The notes: a model not told the origin generated them from the letters alone. A DNA stretch of 64,000 bases from Gemmatimonadota bacterium (GCA_016720805.1 JADKJZ010000014.1:1053162-1117161), one strand, 5' to 3'; shown: positions 1 through 10,107, counted from the first letter of the stretch. Numbers and translations: made by a program.

Positions 1-2158
1 GATTTCCACCCGCCGCGCGGAACTCCTGACCGACAAGGGCGAGGCCACCAAGGCGCGCGACCTGCTGGAGCGCGTGGTCGGGGAGCGCCCCCAGTGGCCG
101 GTGGCCTGGTACGGCCTCGGCGTGGCACGGCTGCAGGTAGCGCGCACCGGCGGCCTCTCGCGAAGCGGGGCGCTGCATCCGGTGGGCGTGAGCAACGAGG
201 CCGGGGCAGGGTATGCGCTCGTTCGGGCACTGGAACTGGACTCGACGTTCGTGCTGGCGGCCGAAGCGCTCGCGATGGCGTCGGTACCGCGGGAAGGGGC
301 GTCAAGGGTCGGCGAACGGCTCGCGATGCTCGAACGCGTGGAACGCCTGCTGAGTCCCGCGGGCCGATACCAGGCTGGTATCGTGGCGGTCACGGCCAAG
401 AACGGCCCGGCGGCGGTGCGCTTCCTCACGCCGATCCAGGGGACCGCCGGCCAACCCAATGGCCTCGCTGCAATCGTGCTGGCACGTGCCCACTACCAGG
501 CTGGTAACCCGCAAGCCGGGCGCGCGGCGCTGCTGGCCGGGGCAGCCGATCCGAGTCCCGCAGCGCGTGCCGCCTACCGAAAGGAGCTCGCGTGGGTCGC
601 CGAGCCGAGCGAGCTGGCGGCGTGGGATTCACTGCCACCTGCGCAGGCCTCGGCGTGGCTCGGCGACTTCTGGGCACGGCGTGACGTGCGCGATGCCCGC
701 CCCGACGGTGCTCGACTGATTGAACACTATGCGCGGATGGAATACGCCTTCGAGGTCTTCCAGCGCGTCGTGCCGCAAGTCGGCGTGCAGAAGAACGCCG
801 GGATGGCGTTCGCGATGGACTACGAGGTGGATGATCAGATGATGCGTGCGGCGGTCATGGCAGTCGGGCTGAGGGAGGAGGCCGATATCGGGGTGCAGCG
901 CCTTGCCACGGACGCGCTTGGGATGGGGCCGAATTCCCCGTTCCATGCGTTTCGAACCACCCAGACGCTCATCGATGATCGCGGCGTGATCTGGATTCGG
1001 CATGGCAAGCCGACCAAGATCGCGCGAACCGCGGACGGGGTCGCCCTCGAAGCGTGGCGCTACGACCGCCCTGAGGGGTCGCTCGTCCTGCAGTTTCGGG
1101 AGGAGAACTTCGACGGGCAGGCGGGGGCATCAGTCCTCGTCCCGTCACTGGTGACGGCGAACCCCTTGCAGCGGGATCAACTGTGCGCCATCGATCAATC
1201 GCTGTGCACGGTCAACGCCGACCCTCGGAGCGGCATGGCGCTCATGTGCGGGGGCGCGCCGTGTGATCCGACGCAGAACCCGTCGCTGGAACGCTTCCGC
1301 AGTGACGCCAAGCTCAATTCCACCGCTCGAATCCAGCGTCTCAATCGCAACGGCCTCGACGCGATCACCGAAGCGACGACCACGGACGACAACGCGCGGC
1401 CATTTGCCCGCGCGTTCGCTCCCACCGTGCAGGTCTACGGCCTCGACCGCGCCAGCGGCGGGGCGGGGCGTGCGGTTGTTGCCTTCGCCGTTCCCGGGAC
1501 CCAGCTCGAATACACCACGCCGCCCGAGGCCGGTGGCCGCGCCGTCTATCCGCTGCGCGTCGAGGTGATGCTCTCGCGCCGGAGCGACGGCACGCGCTTC
1601 GATCTCGACACGCTGCGCCGATTTGCCACGGCGGCCCCGCTCGCCGGCGAGCAGTACCTCACCGGCCTGGTCGAGCTGCCGGTCGCGCCGGGGCGCTACG
1701 TCGCCACGGTGGTGCTGAGTCAGGGCGATCTCGGCTCGATCGCACGCCTCGGCGAAGTCGTCATCCCGGCCGCTCGCGCCGGATTGAGCGTCTCCGACAT
1801 CGTCCTTGGCCGCGAGGGGAGCGGGGTGCGCTGGCAGTCGGGGGCGACGGCGGTGCCGCTGCATCCGTTGAACGCCTACCCGAAGGGTGGGACGGCCGAG
1901 GTGTACTACCAGTTGGCGGGGCTGAAGAGTGGCGCACGCTACGCCACCCGACTGGAACTCTTCGGCGCCGAGGACGATGCCAAGAAGCCGGCACGGCTCT
2001 CGATCGACTTCGAGAGCACAGCCACCGACACGCGGGCGGAGGTGTCCAGGTCCCTTGGGCTCCAGAACCTGGCGCCGGGGCGCTATCGGGTGCGGCTGAC
2101 GGTGCGGGGTGGTGAGCAGTCGGCATCGGCACTCGCGTGGCTCACGGTGACAAAGTGA
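1..2158 (+). CDS. TPR + GWxTD-like domain protein (5' end outside window)
   Basis: ORF 74..2158 stays open in the same frame back to base 2 (ISTRRAELLTDKGEATKARDLLERVV, TPR-like), so the start lies upstream of the window. 'FWARRD ... TLIDDRGVIWIRHGKP ... EAWRY' resembles the GWxTD domain signature as I recall it. Confidence 0.55.
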   Translation, partial: ISTRRAELLTDKGEATKARDLLERVVGERPQWPVAWYGLGVARLQVARTGGLSRSGALHPVGVSNEAGAGYALVRALELDSTFVLAAEALAMASVPREGASRVGERLAMLERVERLLSPAGRYQAGIVAVTAKNGPAAVRFLTPIQGTAGQPNGLAAIVLARAHYQAGNPQAGRAALLAGAADPSPAARAAYRKELAWVAEPSELAAWDSLPPAQASAWLGDFWARRDVRDARPDGARLIEHYARMEYAFEVFQRVVPQVGVQKNAGMAFAMDYEVDDQMMRAAVMAVGLREEADIGVQRLATDALGMGPNSPFHAFRTTQTLIDDRGVIWIRHGKPTKIARTADGVALEAWRYDRPEGSLVLQFREENFDGQAGASVLVPSLVTANPLQRDQLCAIDQSLCTVNADPRSGMALMCGGAPCDPTQNPSLERFRSDAKLNSTARIQRLNRNGLDAITEATTTDDNARPFARAFAPTVQVYGLDRASGGAGRAVVAFAVPGTQLEYTTPPEAGGRAVYPLRVEVMLSRRSDGTRFDLDTLRRFATAAPLAGEQYLTGLVELPVAPGRYVATVVLSQGDLGSIARLGEVVIPAARAGLSVSDIVLGREGSGVRWQSGATAVPLHPLNAYPKGGTAEVYYQLAGLKSGARYATRLELFGAEDDAKKPARLSIDFESTATDTRAEVSRSLGLQNLAPGRYRVRLTVRGGEQSASALAWLTVTK

Positions 2159-2173
2159 GCCGGGGCAGTCCTG

Positions 2174-4648
2174 CTACCTGGTGCCCCTGACCCGCTCCCA
2201 CCGTTCCTTCGCCTGCTTCACGCGCACATGCGTCGAGTCGAGCTCGCGCGCCATCCCCTCGTAGCCTGAGCGCAGCAGCCTCTCCGCCTCCGCATGGAAG
2301 GCGGGGCCGCGCCGCGCGAGGATGTCACCGACCATGCTCTCCCCTTGGGCGATGGCCCAGTGCGTCGGCGGGAACGCGGCGCGCCGGAGTCGCAGCCCCT
2401 CGCGAGCGGTGCGCGTCCCGCGTGCCGGATCGCCGAGTTCGGCCTGGCACCATCCCAGAAAAAGGAGCGCGGTGTTGAGCGAGGCATCGCGCTCGCTCAG
2501 CCCCTTCCCGCGCAGCGCCACGATCCCCTCGGCCGGCGCAATTGCTTCGGCGCACCGTCCCGCATCGGCGAGGATGTTGATTCGCATCCGCACCGCTGCC
2601 AGTGTCCCCGGATTGTCCGCCCCGAGCGTCGCCGTGTAGATCGCGATTGCCCGCTGCACCACGCTGTCGGCCTCGGCGTATTTGCCCTGGAAGAGCAGCG
2701 CCCCGGCGAGCGGCTGCAAGGCGTTGCCGACCCGCACATCGCCCGGCCCACGCGTCCGCGTGAAGATCGCCGCCGCCTCACGCAGTCGCGGCTCGGCCTC
2801 CACATACCGACCGAGCGTCGCGAGCGCCGTGGCGTAGTTGGTCAGCGCCACGGCCGAGCCGACGTCGGGCCGGAGCGCGGCGATCCGGTCGGCAACCTTG
2901 GCGTACACCTCCGCCGCCTCGGCGACACGGCCCTGCTCCGAGATCGAGTTCGCGAGGTTGTTCATCCCGCGGTAGATCTCGATCGAGTCGATCCCGGGCA
3001 CCTTCCCGTACATCACCAGCGAACGCCGATAGAGCGACTCGGCGCGCTCCGGCGATCCGACCTCCGTCTCCAGCCCAGCGAGGTTGTAGAGCCCGTCGGC
3101 CCGCTCGCGCAGCGACACCTGCTCGCCGAGCGAATCCTGCAGCCTGACCGCGTCAAGCATCAGCGGGCGTGCGCGCTCGTACAGCCCCATGTCGATCAGC
3201 GTCGACGCCAGCGTGTTCTTGATCGCGGCCCGCAGGTCGGGTGCGCTCGCGAACGACGAGTCGATCCGCGGAATCACCAGGTCGATCGCCTCGACCACCG
3301 TCGTCCCCTTGCCCGACTCCTGCGGCTTCGCGGCCGAGAGGACGTCGCGGAAGAACTGCGTCACCTGCGCGGTGCGCTGCTGCTCGAAGACGGCGCGGTC
3401 CCGCTCGGCGCGCGCCACCTGCGCCTGCCGCAGCGAGACTACGGTGCCGCCAATGAGCGCCACCACAGCCAGCGCAGCGGCGGCCACCGCCATCCGGTTG
3501 CGCCGCGCGAACTTCCCCAGCCTGTAGCCGATCGTGTCCGGCTGTGCGAGCACCGGCAGGCCGCCGAGATAGCGCTGCAGGTCGTCGCCGAGTTGCTGCG
3601 CCGTCCGGTACCGGCGCTCCGCCTCGGGACGCAACGCCATGAGGACGATCGAGTCGACGTCGCCGGCGAGTGACCGACGGAGCCGGGCGGCCGTGTCCTG
3701 CTCGCTGACCGCCGACTCCGCCGTCACCGCGCGGCTCGGTGCCGTTGGCACGCCGCGCTCGACCAGGGCACCGCGCGCCGTGGGCGCGAAGGGCCGCACG
3801 CCGGTCACCAGTTCGTAGAGCACCACGCCGAGCGAGTAGATGTCGCTGGCCGTGGTGACTTCGCCGCCGAGGAGCTGCTCTGGCGAGGCATACGCCACCG
3901 TCATCGGCGTGACGCCGGTGTGCGTCAGGTCGTCCCCACCCAGCTGGGTCGGATCGGCGAGCTTGGCAATGCCGAAGTCGAGCAGCTTGACGGTGCCATC
4001 CTCGGCGACGAGGATGTTGCCCGGCTTGAGGTCGCGATGGATGACGAGGTGCTCGTGGGCGTACTGCACCGCGGCGCAGACCTGGCGAAAGAGCGCCAGC
4101 CGGTCGCGGAGCCCGAGATGACGGGCCGTGCACCACTGGTCGATCGGCTGCCCCTCGACGTACTCCATGATGAAGTACGGCTCGCCCTCCGCCGTGACGC
4201 CGCCGTCGAGCAGCGCGGCGATGTTCCGGTGTTCGAGGCGTGCCAACAGCTGCCGCTCGCGCTGGAAGCGGGCGAGCGCCTGCGTCCGGTCGCCGAGCAG
4301 GGAGACCATCTTGATCGCGACGCGCTTGCGGTACTGGTCGTCGGCGCGGTGCGCCTCGTACACCGTTCCCATCCCGCCCTGACCGATCTCCCGCAGCAAC
4401 TCGTACTGCCCGACCCGTCGGCCCATCGTCGGCACCGTGTCACGGGCGTCAGTCAGTGGCATCGAGGCCGCCTGCTCGAATCGTTCGCCGACGTCGTCGG
4501 CCGATGCGAGCAGGGAGGAGATCTCAGCGTGGAGCGGAGCGTCGTGCGCCAGCGCCGCCAGACGCGTGGCGCGCTCGGCGGCCGGGAGGTCGATCAATTC
4601 TGCAAAGAGTGCGGAAATCTCGCCCCAGCGATCCGCCGGCAGCGCCAC
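2174..4648 (-). CDS. Transmembrane Ser/Thr protein kinase with C-terminal TPR repeats
   Basis: Hanks kinase motifs are present: GQGGMGTVY, VAIK, HRDLKPGNILV, DFGIAK, ASPEQ. One hydrophobic helix (MAVAAAALAVVALIGGTVVSL) is followed by about 400 aa of TPR-like repeats. GTG start at 4648, 2 nt after the sigma-factor stop. Confidence 0.9.
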   Translation of the reverse strand: MALPADRWGEISALFAELIDLPAAERATRLAALAHDAPLHAEISSLLASADDVGERFEQAASMPLTDARDTVPTMGRRVGQYELLREIGQGGMGTVYEAHRADDQYRKRVAIKMVSLLGDRTQALARFQRERQLLARLEHRNIAALLDGGVTAEGEPYFIMEYVEGQPIDQWCTARHLGLRDRLALFRQVCAAVQYAHEHLVIHRDLKPGNILVAEDGTVKLLDFGIAKLADPTQLGGDDLTHTGVTPMTVAYASPEQLLGGEVTTASDIYSLGVVLYELVTGVRPFAPTARGALVERGVPTAPSRAVTAESAVSEQDTAARLRRSLAGDVDSIVLMALRPEAERRYRTAQQLGDDLQRYLGGLPVLAQPDTIGYRLGKFARRNRMAVAAAALAVVALIGGTVVSLRQAQVARAERDRAVFEQQRTAQVTQFFRDVLSAAKPQESGKGTTVVEAIDLVIPRIDSSFASAPDLRAAIKNTLASTLIDMGLYERARPLMLDAVRLQDSLGEQVSLRERADGLYNLAGLETEVGSPERAESLYRRSLVMYGKVPGIDSIEIYRGMNNLANSISEQGRVAEAAEVYAKVADRIAALRPDVGSAVALTNYATALATLGRYVEAEPRLREAAAIFTRTRGPGDVRVGNALQPLAGALLFQGKYAEADSVVQRAIAIYTATLGADNPGTLAAVRMRINILADAGRCAEAIAPAEGIVALRGKGLSERDASLNTALLFLGWCQAELGDPARGTRTAREGLRLRRAAFPPTHWAIAQGESMVGDILARRGPAFHAEAERLLRSGYEGMARELDSTHVRVKQAKERWERVRGTR

Positions 4649-4650
4649 CC

Positions 4651-5217
4651 TCAGGCCGCCTGCAGTTCGCGGTGCAGCCAGGCGCGGGCCAAGGTCCAGT
4701 CACGCTTCACGGTGGCGGGAGAGATGCCGAGGACGTCCGCGCTCTCCTCGATCGAGAGCCCCACGAAGTAGCGGAGCTCGACGATTTTCGCCTGGCGCGC
4801 GTCGAGGGCGGCGAGGCGGTTGAGGGCCTCGTCGACGGCCACCACTTCTTCACTCGGCGCGCCATCGGCCAGATCGACCTGCGAGTCGAGGGTCACCTGA
4901 TGCTTGGCACCGCGCTTCTGCGCATTCCGGCGGCGGGCGTGTTCCACCAGGATCCGGCGCATCGCCTGGGCGGCGATGCCGAAGAAGTGGGCGCGGTTCT
5001 CCCAGGTCGGCGTGGTGCCGCCGGTCAGCCGGAGGAACGCCTCATGGACGAGCGCGGTGGCCCCCAGGGTGTGGTCGTCCCGTTCCAGCCGGAGCTGTCC
5101 GGCGGCCATCCGCTTCAGCTCGTCGTACACCACGGGGAGCAGTGCCGACAGGGCGTCGGGACTGCCGCTCGAGGCGGCGGCGAGGAGGGTGGTCACGTCG
5201 GAACGGGCAGCGTCCAT
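4651..5217 (-). CDS. ECF-type RNA polymerase sigma factor (kinase-associated subgroup)
   Basis: 188-aa reading from the ATG (cat at 5215-5217). Region 2 'ALVHEAFLRL', region 4 HTH 'LSIEESADVLGISPATVKRDWTLARAWL'. The rest of the 406-aa track ORF upstream is Arg/Ser-rich shadow. Confidence 0.9.
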   Translation of the reverse strand: MDAARSDVTTLLAAASSGSPDALSALLPVVYDELKRMAAGQLRLERDDHTLGATALVHEAFLRLTGGTTPTWENRAHFFGIAAQAMRRILVEHARRRNAQKRGAKHQVTLDSQVDLADGAPSEEVVAVDEALNRLAALDARQAKIVELRYFVGLSIEESADVLGISPATVKRDWTLARAWLHRELQAA

Positions 5218-5326
5218 CGGTCCGTGGGGTTGGGAGGGATACCGGATACTCCCCCGGCACGGGGGTGGCGTCAAGGTGGGGGGCGGGACGGGCTTGGCCA
5301 CCCCCCTCCGGCTATATTTCCCAGTT

Positions 5327-6016
5327 ATGCCAGAACCGGGCCTCACGGGCCGAATCGCCGCCATACGGGGCGTGATCGCCGAGCAGCAGCAGGCCGCCGG
5401 CTGGACCCACCCGGTGCGGATAGTGGCGGTGACCAAGACGCACGGTCCGGAGACCATCCGGGCCGCCGCGGCCGCCGGATTGGACGCCGTCGGCGAGAAC
5501 CGGGTCCAGGAGGCCCTCCCCAAGATGGAGGCGACCGCCGACCTCACCGTCGAGTGGCACCTGATCGGGGGACTCCAGCGGAACAAGGCGCGGCAGGCGG
5601 TCGGGAAGTTCGCGCTGATCCACTCCGTGGACCGCGCCGACCTGGCCGCCGAGCTCGACCGCCGCGCCGAGTCAGGCGCCGTGCAGCCGGTCCTGGTGCA
5701 GGTGAACTGTTCCGCCGAGCCGCAGAAGGGCGGGGTGGAACCGGCCGACCTCGCAGCGCTGCTCGACGCGATGCGCGCAATGCCGCGCCTCCGGGTCGAT
5801 GGCCTGATGACGATGGCCGAGTTCACCGACGACGAAACCGTGCAGCGACGGACCTTTGCCCTGCTGCGCACGCTGCGAGACCAGATGCAGGCCGAGGGTC
5901 ACCGGCTCCCCGAGTTGTCGATGGGGATGTCGGGGGACTACCCGGCCGCCGTGGCAGAGGGAGCAACGATGCTTCGCCTCGGATCGATTCTTTTCGGGCC
6001 TCGGCCCCAACCCTGA
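5327..6016 (+). CDS. yggS: YggS-family pyridoxal-phosphate homeostasis protein
   Basis: ATG at 5327 within track ORF 4904..6016. 'VAVTKTHGPETI', 'GENRVQE', 'WHLIGGLQRNKA', 'LSMGMSGDY' are typical of the YggS/PROSC fold. Confidence 0.85.
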   Translation: MPEPGLTGRIAAIRGVIAEQQQAAGWTHPVRIVAVTKTHGPETIRAAAAAGLDAVGENRVQEALPKMEATADLTVEWHLIGGLQRNKARQAVGKFALIHSVDRADLAAELDRRAESGAVQPVLVQVNCSAEPQKGGVEPADLAALLDAMRAMPRLRVDGLMTMAEFTDDETVQRRTFALLRTLRDQMQAEGHRLPELSMGMSGDYPAAVAEGATMLRLGSILFGPRPQP

Positions 6017-6027
6017 CCGACGACCAC

Positions 6028-9000
6028 GTGAGCGCTGACGAAACACCCTCGACCAATCCCACCGCCGCCCGCCACCCTGCGTGGCCGGACGGTGGCGCCG
6101 ACGCGCTCGAGCGCGATCTCCTCGCGCGCTGGGAATCGGAGGGGCTCTTCCAGCAGGTGCAGGCCGCGACCGCCGATGGCGAAGGCTTCGTATTCTTCGA
6201 GGGTCCGCCGACCGCCAATGGTCGCCCCGGCATTCACCACGTCTTCTCGCGCACGATCAAGGACCTGATCTGCCGCTACCAGGCGATGCAGGGGAAGCGC
6301 GTCACGCGGATCGCCGGCTGGGACACGCACGGCCTCCCGGTCGAGCTCGAGGTCGAGAAGCAACTCGGCTTTGCCGGCAAGAAGGACATCGAAGCGTATG
6401 GCGTCGCCGAGTTCTCGAAGAAGTGCCTCGAGAGCGTCTTCACCTATCGTGACGAATGGGTGCAGCTCTCGAACCGCACCGGTTACTGGCTCGATTACGA
6501 CAACGCCTACGTGACCTGCACGAAGGAGTATGTCGAGTCGGTCTGGTGGTTGCTGCAGCGGCTCTTCCAGAAGGAGCTGCTCTACCGCGGCCATCGCGTC
6601 TCGCCGTACTGCCCGCGCTGCGGCACGGTGCTGTCGTCGCACGAACTCGCGCTGGGCTACGCCGAGGTGAAGGACAAGTCGGTGTACGTCACCTTCCCGC
6701 TGAGCGATGGCTCGGGGCGCGAGCTCGTCGTCTGGACCACCACGCCGTGGACGTTGCCGAGCAACGTGGCGGTCGCGGTGAATCCGGAGCTGGAGTACGC
6801 GGAGTTCACGTCGCCGGCGCATCCGGGGCGGACCTTCGTGCTCGCGGCGTCGCGTGCGGCCAAGGCAGCAGAGCTGCTGGGCGAGGGCACCACGATGGGC
6901 GCCAGTGTGCCGGGGGCGCAACTCGCCGGGCTCCGCTACGCGCGGCCGTTCGACATCGTGACGATGCCGGCCGACGGGGCGCATTCCATTGTGGTGACGG
7001 GCGCGTTCGTCACCGCCGATGACGGCTCGGGCCTGGTGCACATGGCGCCCGCCTTCGGCGCGGACGACTACGCCGCGGGCCGCGAGCATGGCCTCGCCCT
7101 GGTGCGGCCCGTTGCGGGCGACGGCACCTTCGTCGGCACGTCGTGGCCGGAGCTGAATGGCAAGCTCGTGACGGCCGACGACACCAACGAGATGCTGATC
7201 CGGAAGCTCAAGGAGCTCGGCCGGCATCTCAAGACTGAGCAGTACATCCACAGCTATCCGCACTGCTGGCGCTGCCACAGCAAGCTGATCTACTACGCCC
7301 GCGAGTCGTGGTTCGTGCGGACGTCGTCGGTCAAGGCGCGGATGCAGGAGCTGAACGCCGGGATCGCGTGGCACCCGCCCGAAGTCGGCACCGGACGGTT
7401 CGGCGAATGGCTCGGCAACAACGTCGACTGGGCGCTGTCACGCAAGCGCTACTGGGGCACGCCGCTGCCGATCTGGGTCAGCGACCGCGACCCGGAGTAT
7501 GTCGAGGTGATCGGCTCCTATGCGGAGCTCAAGGAGAAGGCCGGCTTCACGCCGACCGGCGACCTCGACGTGCACAAGCCGTGGGTTGACGAGATCACCT
7601 GGCCCGCGCCGGGCGGTGGCACCATGCGCCGCGTGCCGGAAGTGATCGACACCTGGTTCGACTCGGGGTCGATGCCGTACGCGCAGTGGCACTATCCGTT
7701 CGAGAACGTCGACCAGTTCGAGCGGCACTTCCCGGCCGACTACATCTGCGAGGGGATCGACCAGACGCGCGGCTGGTTCTACTCGCTGCTGGCGATCGGC
7801 ACGGCGGCGTTCGATGCCGCACCGTATCGCAATGTCATCGTGAACGAGCTGGTGCTCGACGCCAGCGGCCAGAAGATGTCGAAGAGCAAGGGCAACGTCG
7901 TCGATCCGTGGAAGCTGGTCGAGAAGCACGGCGCCGATGCGGCGCGTCTCTACATGGTGCTCTCGAGTCAGGTCTGGCAGCCGAAGCGCTTCGACGAGCG
8001 GCAACTCGTCGAGACCGCAGGTGGCTTCCTCAACACGCTGCGCGCGTCGTACCACTTCTTCTCGCTGTACGCCGGCCCCGATGGCGCGGCGGCCCCGGCC
8101 GCGGCGGACCGTCCCCTCGCCGATCGCTGGCTGCTGGGGCGTCTCGACGCCACGGTGGCGGCGGTGCGGGCGGCGTTCGATGGCTACGACGTGACCACTG
8201 GTGTGCGCGCGCTGACCGAGTTCGTCGTCGACGATCTGTCGAACTGGTGGGTGCGGCTCAATCGTGGTCGCTTCTGGGCGCCCGGCCGCGAGGCCGATCC
8301 GTCGGCGGTGGCCACCATGCGCGAGGCGCTCGTCTCGGTGTCGCGCCTGCTCGCCCCGGCGGCGCCGTTCGCCAGCGACTGGCTCCACCGGGCGATGACG
8401 GGAACCTCGGTGCACCTGGCGCCGTTCCCGGTGGATGCTGGCCGCCTGGACCCGGCGCTCGATCGGGCCATGGACGGCATCCGGCGCCTGGCCTCGCTCG
8501 GCCGTGCGGCGCGCGAGACGGCATCGCTTCGGGTCCGGCAGCCGCTCGCCACGATCCGCGTGGCCGTCCCGGTCGAGGTGCGCGGCGCCGACTTCGACGC
8601 GTTGATTCCGCTGCTGCAGGGCGAGACCAACGTCAAGCGTGTCGAGATCGTGACGTCGGACGCCGATCTTGTCCGTCTGCGCGGCAAGCCGAACTTCCGG
8701 ACCCTCGGCAAGCGCTTCGGCGCCGAGGTGAAGGGGGTCGCCGCGTCGGTGGCGTTGCTCACGGCCGAGCAGCTCCGCGCACTGGAGCAGGGCGAGAGCG
8801 TGACTGCCGATTACCTGCTCCTCCCCGAGGACGTGACCATCGAACGGGAAGTGGTCACCGATTGGCCCGTGGCGAGCGCGGGGCCGTTCGTGGTCGCGCT
8901 CGATCCGGTGGTGACGCCGGCGCTGGCCCAGGAAGGGCTCGCGCGCGAGTTGGTGAGCCGTGTCCAGCGGCTCCGGAAGGATGCCGGCTTTGCGGTGAGC

Positions 9001-9234
9001 GCGCGCATTGCGCTCTCGTTGACGGGAGATGCCGCATTGCTTGACGCGGCGCGGGTGCATCAGGAATACATCGCCGGCGAGACGCTGGCGCGCGAGTTCA
9101 CGATCGGGGAGGCCGCGACGGAGCCTGATCGGCAGGAGGCATTCGAAGTCGAAGGACACGCTGGCGCACTCGCGGTACGCCAGCTCGGGAACGGTCGGAC
9201 CCCTTCCGGCCCTGCACAGGTGAACGCATCGTGA
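6028..9234 (+). CDS. ileS: Isoleucine--tRNA ligase
   Basis: 'PPTANGRPGIHHV' (HIGH-type) and 'KMSKSKGN' (KMSKS) motifs, with full-length class I editing synthetase architecture. Start assigned to the in-frame GTG at 6028; the upstream 524 codons of track ORF 4456..9234 overlap yggS and the sigma gene and read as Arg/Gly/Pro junk. Confidence 0.93.
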   Translation: MSADETPSTNPTAARHPAWPDGGADALERDLLARWESEGLFQQVQAATADGEGFVFFEGPPTANGRPGIHHVFSRTIKDLICRYQAMQGKRVTRIAGWDTHGLPVELEVEKQLGFAGKKDIEAYGVAEFSKKCLESVFTYRDEWVQLSNRTGYWLDYDNAYVTCTKEYVESVWWLLQRLFQKELLYRGHRVSPYCPRCGTVLSSHELALGYAEVKDKSVYVTFPLSDGSGRELVVWTTTPWTLPSNVAVAVNPELEYAEFTSPAHPGRTFVLAASRAAKAAELLGEGTTMGASVPGAQLAGLRYARPFDIVTMPADGAHSIVVTGAFVTADDGSGLVHMAPAFGADDYAAGREHGLALVRPVAGDGTFVGTSWPELNGKLVTADDTNEMLIRKLKELGRHLKTEQYIHSYPHCWRCHSKLIYYARESWFVRTSSVKARMQELNAGIAWHPPEVGTGRFGEWLGNNVDWALSRKRYWGTPLPIWVSDRDPEYVEVIGSYAELKEKAGFTPTGDLDVHKPWVDEITWPAPGGGTMRRVPEVIDTWFDSGSMPYAQWHYPFENVDQFERHFPADYICEGIDQTRGWFYSLLAIGTAAFDAAPYRNVIVNELVLDASGQKMSKSKGNVVDPWKLVEKHGADAARLYMVLSSQVWQPKRFDERQLVETAGGFLNTLRASYHFFSLYAGPDGAAAPAAADRPLADRWLLGRLDATVAAVRAAFDGYDVTTGVRALTEFVVDDLSNWWVRLNRGRFWAPGREADPSAVATMREALVSVSRLLAPAAPFASDWLHRAMTGTSVHLAPFPVDAGRLDPALDRAMDGIRRLASLGRAARETASLRVRQPLATIRVAVPVEVRGADFDALIPLLQGETNVKRVEIVTSDADLVRLRGKPNFRTLGKRFGAEVKGVAASVALLTAEQLRALEQGESVTADYLLLPEDVTIEREVVTDWPVASAGPFVVALDPVVTPALAQEGLARELVSRVQRLRKDAGFAVSARIALSLTGDAALLDAARVHQEYIAGETLAREFTIGEAATEPDRQEAFEVEGHAGALAVRQLGNGRTPSGPAQVNAS

Positions 9235-9614
9235 CCAAGACCCAGCTCAAGCATCTCGAGGGGCGGCTCCTGGAGGAGCGCGCGCGCGTCATGAAGGAAC
9301 TCGGCTACTACGACGAGCAGTTCAACAACACGCTGCAGGGCGCCGACGGCGACCTCTCGTCGTATTCGCTCCACATGGCCGATCAGGGCACCGATGCCAT
9401 GGAACGCGAGAAGCAGTTCCTGATGGCCTCCAAGGAAGGCCGCTACCTGTGGCACCTCAACGAGGCGCTCCGCCGGCTGTACAACAGCCCCGCGAATTTC
9501 GGCAAGTGCCATCAGTGCGGCGCGCTGATCGACTTCGAGCGGCTCGACGCGCTGCCCCACGCCCGGCTCTGCATCTCCTGCAAGGAGAAGGAAGAGGATG
9601 CCAAGAAGCGCTGA
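9231..9614 (+). CDS. DksA/TraR-family C4 zinc-finger protein
   Basis: C-terminal 'CHQCGALIDFERLDALPHARLCISC' four-Cys finger after a coiled-coil N-terminus. GTG start overlaps the ileS stop. Confidence 0.8.
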   Translation: MTKTQLKHLEGRLLEERARVMKELGYYDEQFNNTLQGADGDLSSYSLHMADQGTDAMEREKQFLMASKEGRYLWHLNEALRRLYNSPANFGKCHQCGALIDFERLDALPHARLCISCKEKEEDAKKR

Positions 9615-10107
9615 TCGCCGGGTCCCGTTCTGGGGCGTGCTCGCCGTCACCGTGCTGCTCGACCGGATCACCAAGATGATCGCGGAGAGCCGTCTGGTGT
9701 GGGGCGACGCGCCCATCCCGGTCATCGGGGACTTCACCCGGTGGCGGCTGGTGTACAACACCGGCGCCGCCTTCGGCCTCCACCTCGGCAGTTACTCGCG
9801 CTGGGCCTTCATGCTGATCGCCTGCGTGGCCGTCGTCGTGCTGTACAAAATGTGGCGGGAGGCCGACGTGGCCGACCGCTTTCGTCAGCTCGCCCTCGCC
9901 TTCGTGGCGGGCGGCGCCGTCGGCAACCTCATCGACCGGGTCCTCTCGGCACGCGGGGTCGTCGACTTCATCGACATGGGGATCGGCGAAGGCTTGCGCT
10001 GGCCGACCTACAATGTCGCCGACATCGCTGTCACCTGCGGGGCGCTCGCCCTCGCGATTTCTCTCTGGCGCGAGGATGCGCGGCGCGCTCCCGCGCCGAC
10101 CGCCTAG
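9598..10107 (+). CDS. lspA: Lipoprotein signal peptidase II
   Basis: 'YNTGAAFG', 'GNLIDR', 'VVDFID', 'WPTYNVADIAV' LspA motifs and four hydrophobic segments. Classical ileS-lspA neighbourhood. Confidence 0.9.
   Translation: MPRSADRRVPFWGVLAVTVLLDRITKMIAESRLVWGDAPIPVIGDFTRWRLVYNTGAAFGLHLGSYSRWAFMLIACVAVVVLYKMWREADVADRFRQLALAFVAGGAVGNLIDRVLSARGVVDFIDMGIGEGLRWPTYNVADIAVTCGALALAISLWREDARRAPAPTA

Noticed and set aside
5218-5326. Divergent promoter calls in the sigma/yggS intergenic region (e.g. TTGACG-17 nt-GAGTAT on the minus strand; TATATT 11 nt upstream of the yggS ATG)
   Set aside because: The hexamers are weak matches found by eye. ECF-dependent promoters would not follow the sigma-70 consensus anyway. 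The support is not strong enough to report as features.
4456-6027. The first ~524 codons of the 1592-aa track ORF 4456..9234, which would make a giant IleRS fusion
   Set aside because: The translation is Arg/Gly/Pro-rich low-complexity sequence. It overlaps yggS in another frame and lies antisense to the ECF sigma gene. Recognisable IleRS sequence begins only near the GTG at 6028, right after the yggS stop.
5938-9159. Long minus-strand ORFs antisense to ileS (5938..7374, 478 aa; 7438..9159, 573 aa)
   Set aside because: These are typical high-GC shadow ORFs: Arg/Gly/Pro/His-rich, with no motifs, and fully overlapped by a confidently identified gene. The same reasoning applies to 15817..17418, 18236..19564, 20263..21957, 29040..30542, 30542..32053, 32566..34314, 34494..35693, 37858..39294, 47525..49147, 49948..51309 and 60202..61692 (all minus strand).
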